64,000 nucleotides of DNA from an uncultured Eubacteriales bacterium (GTDB lineage: Bacteria; Bacillota; Clostridia; Lachnospirales; JAISER01). The position numbers were made by a program, and so were the translations under genes. Every line of letters begins with the position of its first letter. Positions within the stretch are counted from its first letter, which is position 1. Shown here in pieces: positions 46,704 through 56,458 of this stretch. The notes under the pieces were generated by a model that saw nothing but the letters and a program-made list of their open reading frames with translations, was not told the origin of the DNA and did not search any database. The stretch is taken from the NCBI GenBank assembly GCA_964545475.1, contig CAZJGG010000001.1, positions 6,173 through 70,172 on the forward strand, in the 5' to 3' direction.

Positions 46704-47198
46704 TTATTTTAAAAAATTTAATAAAATTTTGTATTTTTCAATTAAAGTATCAAAATTGTAATATCTTTTATTGGCTGGGCTTGTTGACGGCAGATATACA
46801 GTAGCTATTTTTGTTTTATCAAAACAATATTTATTGTATAGCTTAGTAGCTGTTGCACCTGTTGTAAAAACTGCTTTTATTTTTGATTTAGACAGTATTT
46901 CAGAAAAATCATTAACAACCGGGTTTTTGATAGATGAATCACTTGCGCCGGAAATTTCGCAGGAATGCAATACATCCCATAAAGCTATATTATTTTTTAG
47001 AAGCATTTCTTTTTTATCCTCTATAGTTAAAGGCACCTGGCAATTAAGTATTTGTGCCGTAACTTTCCAAAAATTATTTTGGGGATGACCATAAAAAAAG
47101 TTTGCTTCTCTGGATTTTGGAGACGGTATTGTCCCAAGTATTAAAACTTTTGAATTTTCGTTGTAAACAGGCTGGATATTGTGAAAAATTAAACTCAT
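46704..47198 (-). CDS. DNA-deoxyinosine (hypoxanthine) glycosylase, UDG family 6
   Basis: VLILGTIPSPKSREANFFYGHPQNNFW and YLPSTSPAN motifs. Confidence 0.75.
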   Translation of the reverse strand: MSLIFHNIQPVYNENSKVLILGTIPSPKSREANFFYGHPQNNFWKVTAQILNCQVPLTIEDKKEMLLKNNIALWDVLHSCEISGASDSSIKNPVVNDFSEILSKSKIKAVFTTGATATKLYNKYCFDKTKIATVYLPSTSPANKRYYNFDTLIEKYKILLNFLK

Positions 47199-47222
47199 AA
47201 AAATCTCTTTTCTTTAGTTAGA

Positions 47223-47366
47223 GTCTGTTCAAAGTCTCGCTTTTGGTGGATTTTCGTGCAAATTTTTTGAGGCAACCGCTAAAGCGGTATCTAAGTGCAA
47301 GTAAGCAGAGACAGCGTATATTGACAAAAACTGTCAAAAAACAAAAAATGGAGATTGTGAACAGAC
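47223..47366. repeat. Imperfect inverted repeat (14/16) bracketing a 112-nt structured intergenic segment
   Basis: gtctgttcaaagtctc (47223-38) against the reverse complement of gagattgtgaacagac (47351-66). Inner hairpins accgc-taaa-gcggt (47275-88) and ttgaca-aaaac-tgtcaa (47321-37). Confidence 0.6.
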
Positions 47367-47385
47367 CCTTAAAGATTACCGTTTT

Positions 47386-47919
47386 TTAGTTAGAGGTAAT
47401 ATAACAAGAGCCATCTCTCAAGCCCATACCGCCGATACCACGGCCGCCGCCGCCGCCCTGACCTCTGCCTACACCATAACCTGTGCCACTGCCAGCCCCA
47501 CATGCGCCAAAACCTGCGCCACTACCGCTACCGCAGAACCCTGCGCCCATGCTCTGACCGATTCTTGCTGTTCCTGTGCCGTTGCAGACAGTTTGATTCT
47601 CTTCAATAGCCTTTAAAATGGCGTCTGCTCTTTCTTGTGTAATTCTACCAGCTGCCACTTGAGCGTCTAAGCTATCTTTTTTCATTTCAAGGCTCTCTGC
47701 CTTATACTCTTCAAGCATTCCAGCTTCATCGGCAATAGCACCATATGTTTTGCCTGTTTCGATTCTTTCGGCAATTACACTTTCAACTGTTCTGCCAGTA
47801 AGCCCTGCCACTGCTTCGGCAGGAGTTTTGTAAATAGATGCCGCAAACGCAGAGAGTGACGTTGCGCTGAGTACGAGAGTCATTGTTCCTACAGCCATTA
47901 CCTTTTTAAAGCTTTTCAT
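47386..47919 (-). CDS. Secreted protein, DUF2680-like helical domain with Gly/Cys-rich C-terminal tail
   Basis: Signal peptide (..LSAFA/AS). ITQERADAILKAIEEN. Tail GAGFCGSGSGAGFGACGAGSGTGYGVGRGQGGGGGRGIGGMG. GGAGG RBS before ATG 47919. Confidence 0.55.
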   Translation of the reverse strand: MKSFKKVMAVGTMTLVLSATSLSAFAASIYKTPAEAVAGLTGRTVESVIAERIETGKTYGAIADEAGMLEEYKAESLEMKKDSLDAQVAAGRITQERADAILKAIEENQTVCNGTGTARIGQSMGAGFCGSGSGAGFGACGAGSGTGYGVGRGQGGGGGRGIGGMGLRDGSCYITSN

Positions 47920-48069
47920 TGTGATTACCTCCATAAACTTAATTAATTTTGCAGTTTGCTTCCTGCTTATGTCTTAATAATATTATTAAATTGTGTCATA
48001 ACTGTGTTTTTAGTTTTTTTATTTTATGATAAAAACGGAGCTACTTTGTGACTTTTAGAACATGTGTTC

Positions 48070-48123
48070 AATATAGCTATTTGCAAAAACATAGCTGTTT
48101 AAGTTTTTGCAAATAGCTATATT
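48070..48123. repeat. Perfect 21-bp inverted repeat with a 12-nt spacer
   Basis: aatatagctatttgcaaaaac (48070-90) and gtttttgcaaatagctatatt (48103-23). The spacer atagctgtttaa repeats atagct. Confidence 0.85.
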
Positions 48124-48185
48124 AATGTGAGAATTGCTCCGCAATTAAGCCACTAAAACGGCTTTTCGACTTCGTCGAACTCACG

Positions 48186-48590
48186 TTATATTAAGTTTTT
48201 TATTTTTTCGGTAAGCAGACGAATCTTTTGCTCAATTTCTTTTATCGTCCGAATAAATTCCTCGTCGCTTTTGCCCGTCGGGTCTTCAAGACCCCAATCG
48301 TAACGCTCCTTGCATGGCAAATAAGGGCAGTTTACATTGCAACCCATTGTGATAACAATGTCTATGGCTGGTATTTCGTCTATAAGCTTAGACCGCTGTG
48401 TAAGTTCCATATCAATACCATATAGCTGTTTCATAAGGCGAACAGCATCTTGATTAATTTGCGGCTTTATCTCCGTTCCCGCCGAATAACTTTCAAACAC
48501 ATCACTGGCGAAGTGTTTTCCAAGAGCTTCGGCTATTTGGCTTCGACAGGAATTATGAACACATATAAATGCTATTTTTTGTTTATGCAT
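48186..48590 (-). CDS. arsC: Arsenate reductase, LMW-PTP/thioredoxin-coupled type
   Basis: CVHNSCRS (CX5R P-loop) plus downstream Cys pair GCNVNCPYLPC. Confidence 0.75.
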   Translation of the reverse strand: MHKQKIAFICVHNSCRSQIAEALGKHFASDVFESYSAGTEIKPQINQDAVRLMKQLYGIDMELTQRSKLIDEIPAIDIVITMGCNVNCPYLPCKERYDWGLEDPTGKSDEEFIRTIKEIEQKIRLLTEKIKNLI

Positions 48591-48631
48591 TTTAATAAAT
48601 CACTCTTTCATATTAAATAATAGATTTGCAA

Positions 48632-49939
48632 TTATAGCTGAAAAATAAATGTTGCTCCTTTGCCATTATTACTTTCGGCAGTCAGTTTTATACCGTGTCT
48701 TTCGGCAATCTGCTTTGCAATAGCAAGCCCAAGCCCTGTACCAACCTTGTTATCTTCTGTCCTTGATTTATAAAAACGATCGAAAATATACAAAATATGT
48801 TCCGGAGCAATGCCGGGGCCGCTGTCCTTAATAGAGAGGCGACTTGCGGAAAACTCTATCTCGACTACGCCGTTTTCCGGAGAAAACTTAATGGCATTAT
48901 CTAACACAATCATTAACATTTGCCGTAACCTGCCGTAATCACCAAAAAATTTACATTTTGGGGTAATGTTACGTATCATTATAAATACATTTTTAGATTT
49001 GGCAAGTTGCTCGGCGCTTCGTGTAACATCGTCAAGCACATCGCATATAGATATTTCACTTTTTTCAATTACAAAATCCATATTTTGCAGGCGTGATAAG
49101 TCCAAAAGGTCGCCCACAAGCCGCTCTAAAAACTTTGCTTCGGAAAGCATTTGAGCGTGGTAATTTTCAACCTTTACCGGGTCGGTAACGACTTTTTCAA
49201 TCAGCGCTTCTAACGAACCACGAAGCACTGTCACAGGGGTTTTAAGTTCGTGGGAAACATTGGCTACAAAATCACGCCGGATTTTCTCCATCCGTATGGC
49301 ATCGGCGGCTTCTTTGGCAGTAATCGGGGCGGTAAAGCGTTTTGAAAGCCACACCGACAGTATAAAAGAAACGGCAAGCGCAAGCGCAATGCTAACAAGC
49401 AAAATCATAACCCCTTGACCTACTGCTTCATCCACACCATGCACTGGCGAATGAAGAAGAACAACGCCAATAACTGCAGAACTGCTGTCTTTTATCGGAA
49501 CGCCAACAGTTAAGGTGGACTCTGAAAGAATACCGCTGAAGCTTTCGCTAAATACTGTTTTATCGTCGAATACTTCATCAATAATTAGCTCTGCATTTAC
49601 GGGTAAATCTGTGTAATTATATCCACCCCCCATCATTCCATGCCCTCGTTCTACAGTTAGCAAATTATATTGTTTATCCACAATCCACACATCAGTTCCG
49701 GCAATATCGCCAATAAACCGCATATATGCTCCGAAGCCGCCCATGCCGCTGCCTCTGTACATAAAGCCGGAAATCGTTTCCGCAATAGAATTGGCACGGT
49801 TCTCCATACCTGTTTTATGAATGCCTAAGGTATGGTTACGAAATAACAGTATAAAGACACTGCCTATAATTAAGGAGAAAATTAAAAGTGCAACGGCAAA
49901 ATAAAAACTCAATTTTCTTGCAATAGGGCTTTTAAGCAT
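48632..49939 (-). CDS. Sensor histidine kinase
   Basis: Two TM segments, H-box VSHELKTPVT, N/G boxes (DNAIKFSP, DSGPGI, GTGLGLAI). Confidence 0.85.
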   Translation of the reverse strand: MLKSPIARKLSFYFAVALLIFSLIIGSVFILLFRNHTLGIHKTGMENRANSIAETISGFMYRGSGMGGFGAYMRFIGDIAGTDVWIVDKQYNLLTVERGHGMMGGGYNYTDLPVNAELIIDEVFDDKTVFSESFSGILSESTLTVGVPIKDSSSAVIGVVLLHSPVHGVDEAVGQGVMILLVSIALALAVSFILSVWLSKRFTAPITAKEAADAIRMEKIRRDFVANVSHELKTPVTVLRGSLEALIEKVVTDPVKVENYHAQMLSEAKFLERLVGDLLDLSRLQNMDFVIEKSEISICDVLDDVTRSAEQLAKSKNVFIMIRNITPKCKFFGDYGRLRQMLMIVLDNAIKFSPENGVVEIEFSASRLSIKDSGPGIAPEHILYIFDRFYKSRTEDNKVGTGLGLAIAKQIAERHGIKLTAESNNGKGATFIFQL

Positions 49940-50621
49940 CTTTTAGCACCTCAAATTTATATCCCACACCCCATATTGTTTTAATCTCCCACGCCGGATG
50001 CTGGTATTCGTCTAGCTTTGCACGCAAACGTTTAATGTGGCTATCTACTGTGCGGTTGTCACCAAAGTAATCATATCCCCACAAAGAATTTAAAAGATTA
50101 TCCCTAGAGAACACTTTGTTTTTGCTTGTTGCAAGTGTCCATAATATCTCTATTTCCTTTTTTGTTAGCGATACGTTTTCTCCTCCAATAACTACAGTGT
50201 AATCATCAATATTTATAACCAGATTGTCAAGTTCAAAACGCTGTGCCGCCCTTTCCTCACGAGCAATCCGGCGCATAATAGCTTTTACATGAGCCATAAC
50301 TACGCTTGGAGAAAACGGCTTAACTATGTAATCATCTGCGCCGATTTCCAACCCCATTATTCTTTCAAAGTCCTCACCACGAGCCGTTACCATAATAATA
50401 GGCACGTTGGATCTCTTACGAATATCTCTGCACACCTCGAAACCATCTTTCTTTGGCATCATCACGTCCAACAGCAAAATATCAGGCTTATCAAGCTCAA
50501 ACTTCCTAAGAGCTTCATCTCCGTCAAGAGCTATAACCGATGTGTAACCCTCCTTTATAGCGTACTCTTCTAAAATAGAAGTGATCTGCTTATTATCGTC
50601 AACAATAAGTATCTTTGGCAT
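49932..50621 (-). CDS. OmpR-family response regulator
   Basis: Receiver domain (ILIVDD...LLDVMMPKKDG...KPF) and wHTH (LTKKEIEILW...RTVDSHIKRLRAKL..IKTIWGVGYKF). GGAGGG RBS before ATG 50621. Confidence 0.9.
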   Translation of the reverse strand: MPKILIVDDNKQITSILEEYAIKEGYTSVIALDGDEALRKFELDKPDILLLDVMMPKKDGFEVCRDIRKRSNVPIIMVTARGEDFERIMGLEIGADDYIVKPFSPSVVMAHVKAIMRRIAREERAAQRFELDNLVINIDDYTVVIGGENVSLTKKEIEILWTLATSKNKVFSRDNLLNSLWGYDYFGDNRTVDSHIKRLRAKLDEYQHPAWEIKTIWGVGYKFEVLKDA

Positions 50622-50793
50622 CAGCACGCCCTCCTTTTCTTCCATATCATTATATCATATATTTGTGGCGTTTTTGTGTTTGGCGAATTAAATTGCTATA
50701 TAGAAAAAAAGAATAAAATCTGCTATACTAAGTTGTATCTATAAAAAGCGCTTTTGTACTTTAAAAAATGATATTTTGGAGGGGACTATTAAA

Positions 50794-51117
50794 ATGACAA
50801 CTGTTAAAATTGATCCAGGAATTTGTGGACTTATTACCAACGTTACCGCAGAAAGCGAAGATGGAATGGAGGTTAAACTTACGGTTAAGTCTGGGTGCAA
50901 GTCAATAATTCAAATGTTTGGTGAACTTGGGCAAACATTTGACAGCTATGAGTTATGCCTTGCAAAGCCGGGAGATAATTGCTTTTATGAATATGCAAGA
51001 AAGAAACTACCAGGTCACGCATCGTGCCCCACAATCGCCGGTATTATTAAGGCTGTTGAGGTGGAGTGTAAACTGGCGCTTCCTAAGAATGTTAGTATTG
51101 AGATTTTGTCAAATTGA
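50794..51117 (+). CDS. Cys-containing conserved hypothetical protein
   Basis: GGAGGGG RBS. 107 aa with 7 Cys residues. Divergent from the two-component system. Confidence 0.45.
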   Translation: MTTVKIDPGICGLITNVTAESEDGMEVKLTVKSGCKSIIQMFGELGQTFDSYELCLAKPGDNCFYEYARKKLPGHASCPTIAGIIKAVEVECKLALPKNVSIEILSN

Positions 51118-51146
51118 TCTATTTAATATGGTTTTAGAGGTGAAGC

Positions 51147-52106
51147 ATGAATAACAAAACAAAAACAATCCTTGGTATCGGCGTTTTTGCAGCACTTTTC
51201 GTTGTAGCAATGTACGCATACAATGGATTGTCTGAGCGTTTTAAGCCCCAAACATCGTTTAGCCTTAATTCTGCTAACAGCCAACCCGAGGAAAAGCAAG
51301 TAGAAGAAACACCTGTAAAAGAAGAAACGCCTGAGCCCAATGAAGAAAACGAGACATTAAGTGCTCCAGATTTTACAGCATACGATAATGACGGTAACCC
51401 AGTAAAGCTTTCGGATTATTTCGGCAAACCAATTGTGTTAAACTTTTGGACTACTTGGTGTGGTTATTGCAAGGACGAAATGCCGTATTTTGATAAAGTT
51501 TACAATGAAGTTAAAGATGATATAGTCTTTCTCATGGTAGACGTAGTGGACGGTGTTCAGGAAACAGAGGAAAAGGGCAAAAAGTATATTGCTGACAGCG
51601 GCTTTACATTTCCCGTCTTATACGATTTAGATATGGACGCAGCAATAGCTTATGGCATACGAGCGTATCCAACCACAATTGTTATTAATAAAGATGGCAC
51701 AGTTTTTGGCGGCCATGAAGGCGCACTACCTGAGGAAGCTTTGAGGGAAGTTATAGATTCTATAAAAAGCGAGGACATACCAGTGAAAAAGGCAGAATAT
51801 AATAAAATAACTGCAGAAGAAGCAAAGAGCATGATTGAAGCAAATTCCAACGCTATTTTGCTTGATGTAAGAACAGAGGAAGAATTTTTGCAACAACGAA
51901 TTGAAGGTGCAGTACTCATTCCCGACTATGAATTAAAAGACAGAGCTGAAGCTGAACTTCCAGACAAAGACGCACTAATTCTAATTTACTGCCGGAGCGG
52001 CAACCGAAGTAAAACTGCTGCAAATATACTTGTAGCTATGGGGTATACCAATGTTTACGATTTTGGCGGAATCACCACATACCCTTACGAAACAATATCG
52101 GAATGA
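51147..52106 (+). CDS. Membrane-anchored TlpA-like thioredoxin fused to a rhodanese domain
   Basis: N-terminal TM, WTTWCGYCKDEMP (CxxC redoxin), C-terminal LIYCRSGNRSKTAA (rhodanese active-site loop). Confidence 0.8.
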   Translation: MNNKTKTILGIGVFAALFVVAMYAYNGLSERFKPQTSFSLNSANSQPEEKQVEETPVKEETPEPNEENETLSAPDFTAYDNDGNPVKLSDYFGKPIVLNFWTTWCGYCKDEMPYFDKVYNEVKDDIVFLMVDVVDGVQETEEKGKKYIADSGFTFPVLYDLDMDAAIAYGIRAYPTTIVINKDGTVFGGHEGALPEEALREVIDSIKSEDIPVKKAEYNKITAEEAKSMIEANSNAILLDVRTEEEFLQQRIEGAVLIPDYELKDRAEAELPDKDALILIYCRSGNRSKTAANILVAMGYTNVYDFGGITTYPYETISE

Positions 52107-52140
52107 TAAATTGTTATAAATAAAAACCTTCCTATAAAAT

Positions 52141-52193
52141 AAAATGAGTTCGGCGGAAATTACAAAGATGTAATTTCCACCGAACTCATTTTT
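52141..52193. terminator. Bidirectional terminator hairpin between convergent genes
   Basis: aaatgagttcggcggaaattac-aaagat-gtaatttccaccgaactcattt, a 22-bp stem with 1 mismatch and A/T runs on both sides. Confidence 0.7.
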
Positions 52194-53382
52194 ATAAAAT
52201 TGCCTCTGCAAATTGTTTGCCGAAATTTTCCGCTTTTTTAATTTCATCGTCTGATGGGTTAAACATTATTCTTAAACCGGGAACAGGCATTTTGAACTTA
52301 AGCTGACTAAGGCGTGCTTCAATATTTGGTACAGCCTCGCCGCTCCAGCCATACGAGCCGTAAGCTCCGGCAAGCTTGCCTTTGTGTATTACAGGGTTAA
52401 GCTCCGCAAGAATGTTCATAATAGGTGGCAATGCATCGCCAACTAACGTCGGGCAGCCTATAAGTATTCCGTTTGCCGCTGTAACCTTTGCCATAATATC
52501 CTCTTTTTTAGAATCCACAATATCAAAAGTAAAAACGTCAATTTCTCCGGTCTTTCTAATAGCTTCCGCAATAACTTCCGTAAGCTTTTTAGTATAACCG
52601 TAAGCAGAGCCATAAACCATTGCTACGCTTTTTTTGCCTTGAGCCGGAGGAGTTGCCCATTCTTTATACATTTTAATGTATTTCTGAGGATTTTCACGGA
52701 TTACAGGACCGTGACCGTTGCAAATGGTCTCAATTTCAAGGGGAGCAATTTTTTCAATTGCAGAAAGCATATAGCTTTTAAAAGGACCGATAATGTTATC
52801 AAAGTAATATTTATATGCGTCAATAAATTCGTTTTCTATTTTATCATTAAAAACGTTTTCGTCGCAGTAATGGCAACCAAAAGAGTCGCAAGTAAATAAA
52901 GTTTTTCTTTCGGGAATGTATGTGAACATGGTATCAGGCCAGTGCAAAAACGGAACAACAATAAATTTAAGTGTTAAGTCTCCAAGGCTTAATGTTTCGC
53001 CATCTTTAGCCTCAATAAAGTCAAATTCTTCATTGACAATGGCTTTAACAAAGCTAAGGGCTGTTTTGGTTGCCACAACTTTCGCATTTTTAGCATATTT
53101 TAAAAGCTTTTTAAGCCCACCCGAATGATCCGGTTCTGTATGATCCAAAACAATATAATCAATTTTTTCAACATCTGTAACAGATTTAATTCTTTCTAAA
53201 AATTCATCAAAAAAAGCGTCCTTAACTATTTCAAAAAGAGCCGTTTTTTCAGAGCCCTTAACTAAATATGCATTGTATGTTGTACCATATTCTGTGTGCA
53301 TAATAATATCGAAAACTCTAATATCAAAATCAAGTGCGCCGACCCAGTTAATACTTTCTTTTACTTCAAGTGACTTTTTCAT
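52192..53382 (-). CDS. Flavodiiron protein (FprA-type; MBL-like plus flavodoxin domains)
   Basis: LDHTEPDHSGG di-iron motif. C-terminal flavodoxin-like VYGSAYGYT. RBS before ATG 53382. Confidence 0.85.
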   Translation of the reverse strand: MKKSLEVKESINWVGALDFDIRVFDIIMHTEYGTTYNAYLVKGSEKTALFEIVKDAFFDEFLERIKSVTDVEKIDYIVLDHTEPDHSGGLKKLLKYAKNAKVVATKTALSFVKAIVNEEFDFIEAKDGETLSLGDLTLKFIVVPFLHWPDTMFTYIPERKTLFTCDSFGCHYCDENVFNDKIENEFIDAYKYYFDNIIGPFKSYMLSAIEKIAPLEIETICNGHGPVIRENPQKYIKMYKEWATPPAQGKKSVAMVYGSAYGYTKKLTEVIAEAIRKTGEIDVFTFDIVDSKKEDIMAKVTAANGILIGCPTLVGDALPPIMNILAELNPVIHKGKLAGAYGSYGWSGEAVPNIEARLSQLKFKMPVPGLRIMFNPSDDEIKKAENFGKQFAEAIL

Positions 53383-53556
53383 AAATACTCCTTCCAAATG
53401 GTAAAATTAGGTAAGATTTTTTAAATGATATTTATTATTATGTAACAATTTTATTTATTTGTCAAGTGTAAACTACATATAAATAAAGGTTTGTGACTCA
53501 ATAATTATTCCCTAAACATCAGATAATTTATTCTTAATTTTAAAAATATACCGCAC

Positions 53557-53585
53557 TTGACAAACATTTTTGCTTCCAATATAAT
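53557..53585 (+). promoter_or_regulatory. Consensus sigma-A promoter of alaS
   Basis: TTGACA (53557-62), 17-nt spacer, TATAAT (53580-85). Lies 34 nt upstream of the alaS ATG. Confidence 0.65.
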
Positions 53586-53619
53586 CAAAACAATGAATTC
53601 TTAAAACGGAGGAATAGCT

Positions 53620-56274
53620 ATGAGATATTTAGGTGTTAACGAGGTAAGGGAGATGTTTTTGTCTTTTTTTGAATCTAAGGAGCATATCAGGCTTAAAAGC
53701 GCATCACTTGTTCCTCAAAACGATAAAAGCCTGCTTTTAATAAATTCCGGCATGGCGCCTTTAAAACCATATTTTACAGGGCAGGAAAAACCGCCAAAAA
53801 AACGTGCAACCACATGCCAAAAATGCATTAGAACCGGTGATATCGAAAATGTAGGCAAAACAGCTCGCCACGGCACTTTTTTTGAAATGCTTGGCAACTT
53901 CTCTTTCGGAGATTATTTTAAAGAGAACGCTATTCCGTGGTCTTGGGAATTTTGCCTTGATGTTTTGGAAATTCCCGAGGACAAGTTATATGTATCCATT
54001 TATCTTGACGATGATGAAGCTTTTGAAATATGGAACAAAACTGTGGGTGTTCCTGAAGACCGTATTTTCCGTATGGGAAAAGAGGACAACTTCTGGGAAG
54101 TTGGGCTTGGTCCTTGCGGCCCGTGTTCTGAGCTTTATTTCGATAGAGGAGAAAAATTCGGCTGCGGCAAAGAGGGCTGCACAGTAGGTTGCGATTGCGA
54201 CAGATATATAGAATTTTGGAACTTGGTATTTACACAATTTGATAAGCAGGAAGACGGAAGCTACCCACGCTTGCCAAAGCCAAACATTGACACTGGTATG
54301 GGGCTTGAACGTGTTGCCGCAATGATGCAGGGCGTTGAGTCTATTTTTGACGTTGATACAGTTGTTGCAATACGTAATAAAATTTGCGAAATTGCTGGAG
54401 TTAAATATAATGAAGACCCTAAAAATGATGTATCCATAAGGGTTATTACAGACCATGCTCGTTCTATGACGTTTATGACGTCTGACGGCGTTTTACCGGC
54501 TAATGACGGCAGAGGATACGTTTTAAAAAGGCTTTTAAGACGTGCCGCAAGACACGGCAAGCTTTTGGGCATAGACAAGCCATTTTTGCCGGAGATTTGC
54601 AAAATTTGCATTGATGTTTCCAAAGGGGCATACCCTGAACTTTTGGAAAAGCAAGATTATATATTAAGAGTTATTTCAATGGAAGAAAACCGTTTTTACG
54701 AAACTTTAAATGACGGTATTGAAATATTAAAGGAACATGTAGCAGACCTTAAAGCAGAGGGGAAAACCGTTTTAGGGGGGAAAGAAGCTTTCAAGCTTTA
54801 CGATACGTTTGGATTTCCGCTGGATTTAGTTATAGAAATGCTTGAAGATGAGGGCTTTACAGCAGATGAAACAGGCTTTCATGAAGAAATGGAAAACCAG
54901 CGTACAAGAGCAAGGCTTGCAAGGGGAGATTCTTCATTTATGGGAGCGGAAGAAACTGTTTTCCATAAACTAGAGCTGGAAGAAGTAACTATTTACCAAG
55001 GGCACGAAGCAATTGAAACAGATAATGTTAAAGTATTAGCTCTTGTTGTTAACGGCGAAATAACAGATACGGCTAACGAGGGTGACGAAGTTTCAGTCGT
55101 ACTTGACAAAACGCCTTTTTATGCGCAAGGCGGAGGGCAAGCAGGAGATGTTGGTGAAATTTTCTCCGACACATGTGTTGTTTTTGTTGAGGATACGGTT
55201 AAAGTTGTAGGTAACAGAATTGCCCATTTAGCAAACGTTAAAAGCGGGCAAATAAGCGTAGGGGATGTTGTATGCGCTAAAATTGACCTTAATAACCGGA
55301 AAGACACACAAAGAAACCATTCGGCAACACATTTGCTCCAAAGTGCGCTTAAACAGGTTTTAGGCAAGCATGTTGAACAATCCGGCTCTCAAGTTAACGC
55401 CCAAAAATTAAGGTTTGACTTTACCCACTTTCAGCCGATTTCAAAAGAAGAAATTCTTAGAGTTGAAGATATTGTAAACGAATATATTTTAAACGGCATT
55501 CAAGTAGAAGTTTCCGAAAGGTCTATTCAAGAAGCAAGAGATATGGGCGCAATAGCTATTTTTGGTGAAAAATACGGGGAAACCGTTAGAGTGGTTGATA
55601 TATCAGAAGCAAGTATGGAGCTTTGCGGCGGCACACATGTTTACAACACATCTCAAATCGGCTCTTTTAAAATATTAACAGAAGCAAGCGCAGCTGCCGG
55701 AATTAGAAGAATTGAGGCAGTAACAGGAAGGGCGGCTTTAGAGCATTACAGAAGCCTTGACGAAAAGCTTTCCATAATTGCGCCAATTTTAAAGGCAACG
55801 CCTGAAAATGTTGTAATACAGGTTAAATCTATTATTCAAAACAATAAAGAGCTTCAACAGGAAATTTCTAAATTTAAAATGAAGAGCGCTTCTCTTTTAA
55901 TTGATAATATGATGGAAGAAATGATTAATAAAGCAGAAACATTTAATAATTTTAAAATTGTAGCTTGCAAAGTTGAAGGCCTTGAACCCCACATTTTCAG
56001 AGAACTTGGCGATAGGGTAAAAGACAAAATAAAATCCGGCGTTATAACTCTTGTTTGTGTTAACGAAGATAAAGCAAATATGCTTGTTATGGCAACAGAC
56101 GATGCAGTAAAAGCCGGAATTAATGCAGGAAGCGTAATAAAAGAGGCTGTGGCAGTCCTTGATGGCAAAGGCGGCGGAAAGCCCAATATGGCTATGGCTG
56201 GCGGTAAAGACGTACAAAAATGCGAAGAAGCTCTAGCTAAAGCTAAAGAAATAATAAAAAATAGTTTCAAATAG
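53620..56274 (+). CDS. alaS: Alanine--tRNA ligase
   Basis: 884 aa collinear with AlaRS (FFESKEH, GMAPLKPYF, RHGTFFEMLGNFSFGDYFK, HSATHLL, C-terminal DHHA1-type GGGKP). Confidence 0.95.
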   Translation: MRYLGVNEVREMFLSFFESKEHIRLKSASLVPQNDKSLLLINSGMAPLKPYFTGQEKPPKKRATTCQKCIRTGDIENVGKTARHGTFFEMLGNFSFGDYFKENAIPWSWEFCLDVLEIPEDKLYVSIYLDDDEAFEIWNKTVGVPEDRIFRMGKEDNFWEVGLGPCGPCSELYFDRGEKFGCGKEGCTVGCDCDRYIEFWNLVFTQFDKQEDGSYPRLPKPNIDTGMGLERVAAMMQGVESIFDVDTVVAIRNKICEIAGVKYNEDPKNDVSIRVITDHARSMTFMTSDGVLPANDGRGYVLKRLLRRAARHGKLLGIDKPFLPEICKICIDVSKGAYPELLEKQDYILRVISMEENRFYETLNDGIEILKEHVADLKAEGKTVLGGKEAFKLYDTFGFPLDLVIEMLEDEGFTADETGFHEEMENQRTRARLARGDSSFMGAEETVFHKLELEEVTIYQGHEAIETDNVKVLALVVNGEITDTANEGDEVSVVLDKTPFYAQGGGQAGDVGEIFSDTCVVFVEDTVKVVGNRIAHLANVKSGQISVGDVVCAKIDLNNRKDTQRNHSATHLLQSALKQVLGKHVEQSGSQVNAQKLRFDFTHFQPISKEEILRVEDIVNEYILNGIQVEVSERSIQEARDMGAIAIFGEKYGETVRVVDISEASMELCGGTHVYNTSQIGSFKILTEASAAAGIRRIEAVTGRAALEHYRSLDEKLSIIAPILKATPENVVIQVKSIIQNNKELQQEISKFKMKSASLLIDNMMEEMINKAETFNNFKIVACKVEGLEPHIFRELGDRVKDKIKSGVITLVCVNEDKANMLVMATDDAVKAGINAGSVIKEAVAVLDGKGGGKPNMAMAGGKDVQKCEEALAKAKEIIKNSFK

Positions 56275-56295
56275 ACATAATAAGATAAATAAAAA

Positions 56296-56340
56296 GTTCG
56301 ATAAAAATTGAAAATGCTCAATTTTTATCGAACTTTTTAT
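56296..56340. terminator. Strong bidirectional rho-independent terminator (alaS / aspA)
   Basis: gttcgataaaaattg-aaaatgct-caatttttatcgaac, a perfect 15-bp stem. tttttatt follows on the + strand and aaaaa precedes it. Confidence 0.85.
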
Positions 56341-56458
56341 TAAGTAGAGAGCTACTTGTTTGAAACAGGCGAAATAACTGGTTGTCCATCCCTGCCAAGC
56401 AGTGGTGTAAATCTCCACCTTATGCCGGGTTATTTTATACCAAATAAAATCGGCGTTT

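Noticed and set aside
53398-53619. T-box riboswitch upstream of alaS
   Set aside because: The consensus promoter (53557-53585) leaves only about 25-30 nt of leader before the RBS. No specifier, terminator or antiterminator structures or T-box sequence are visible.
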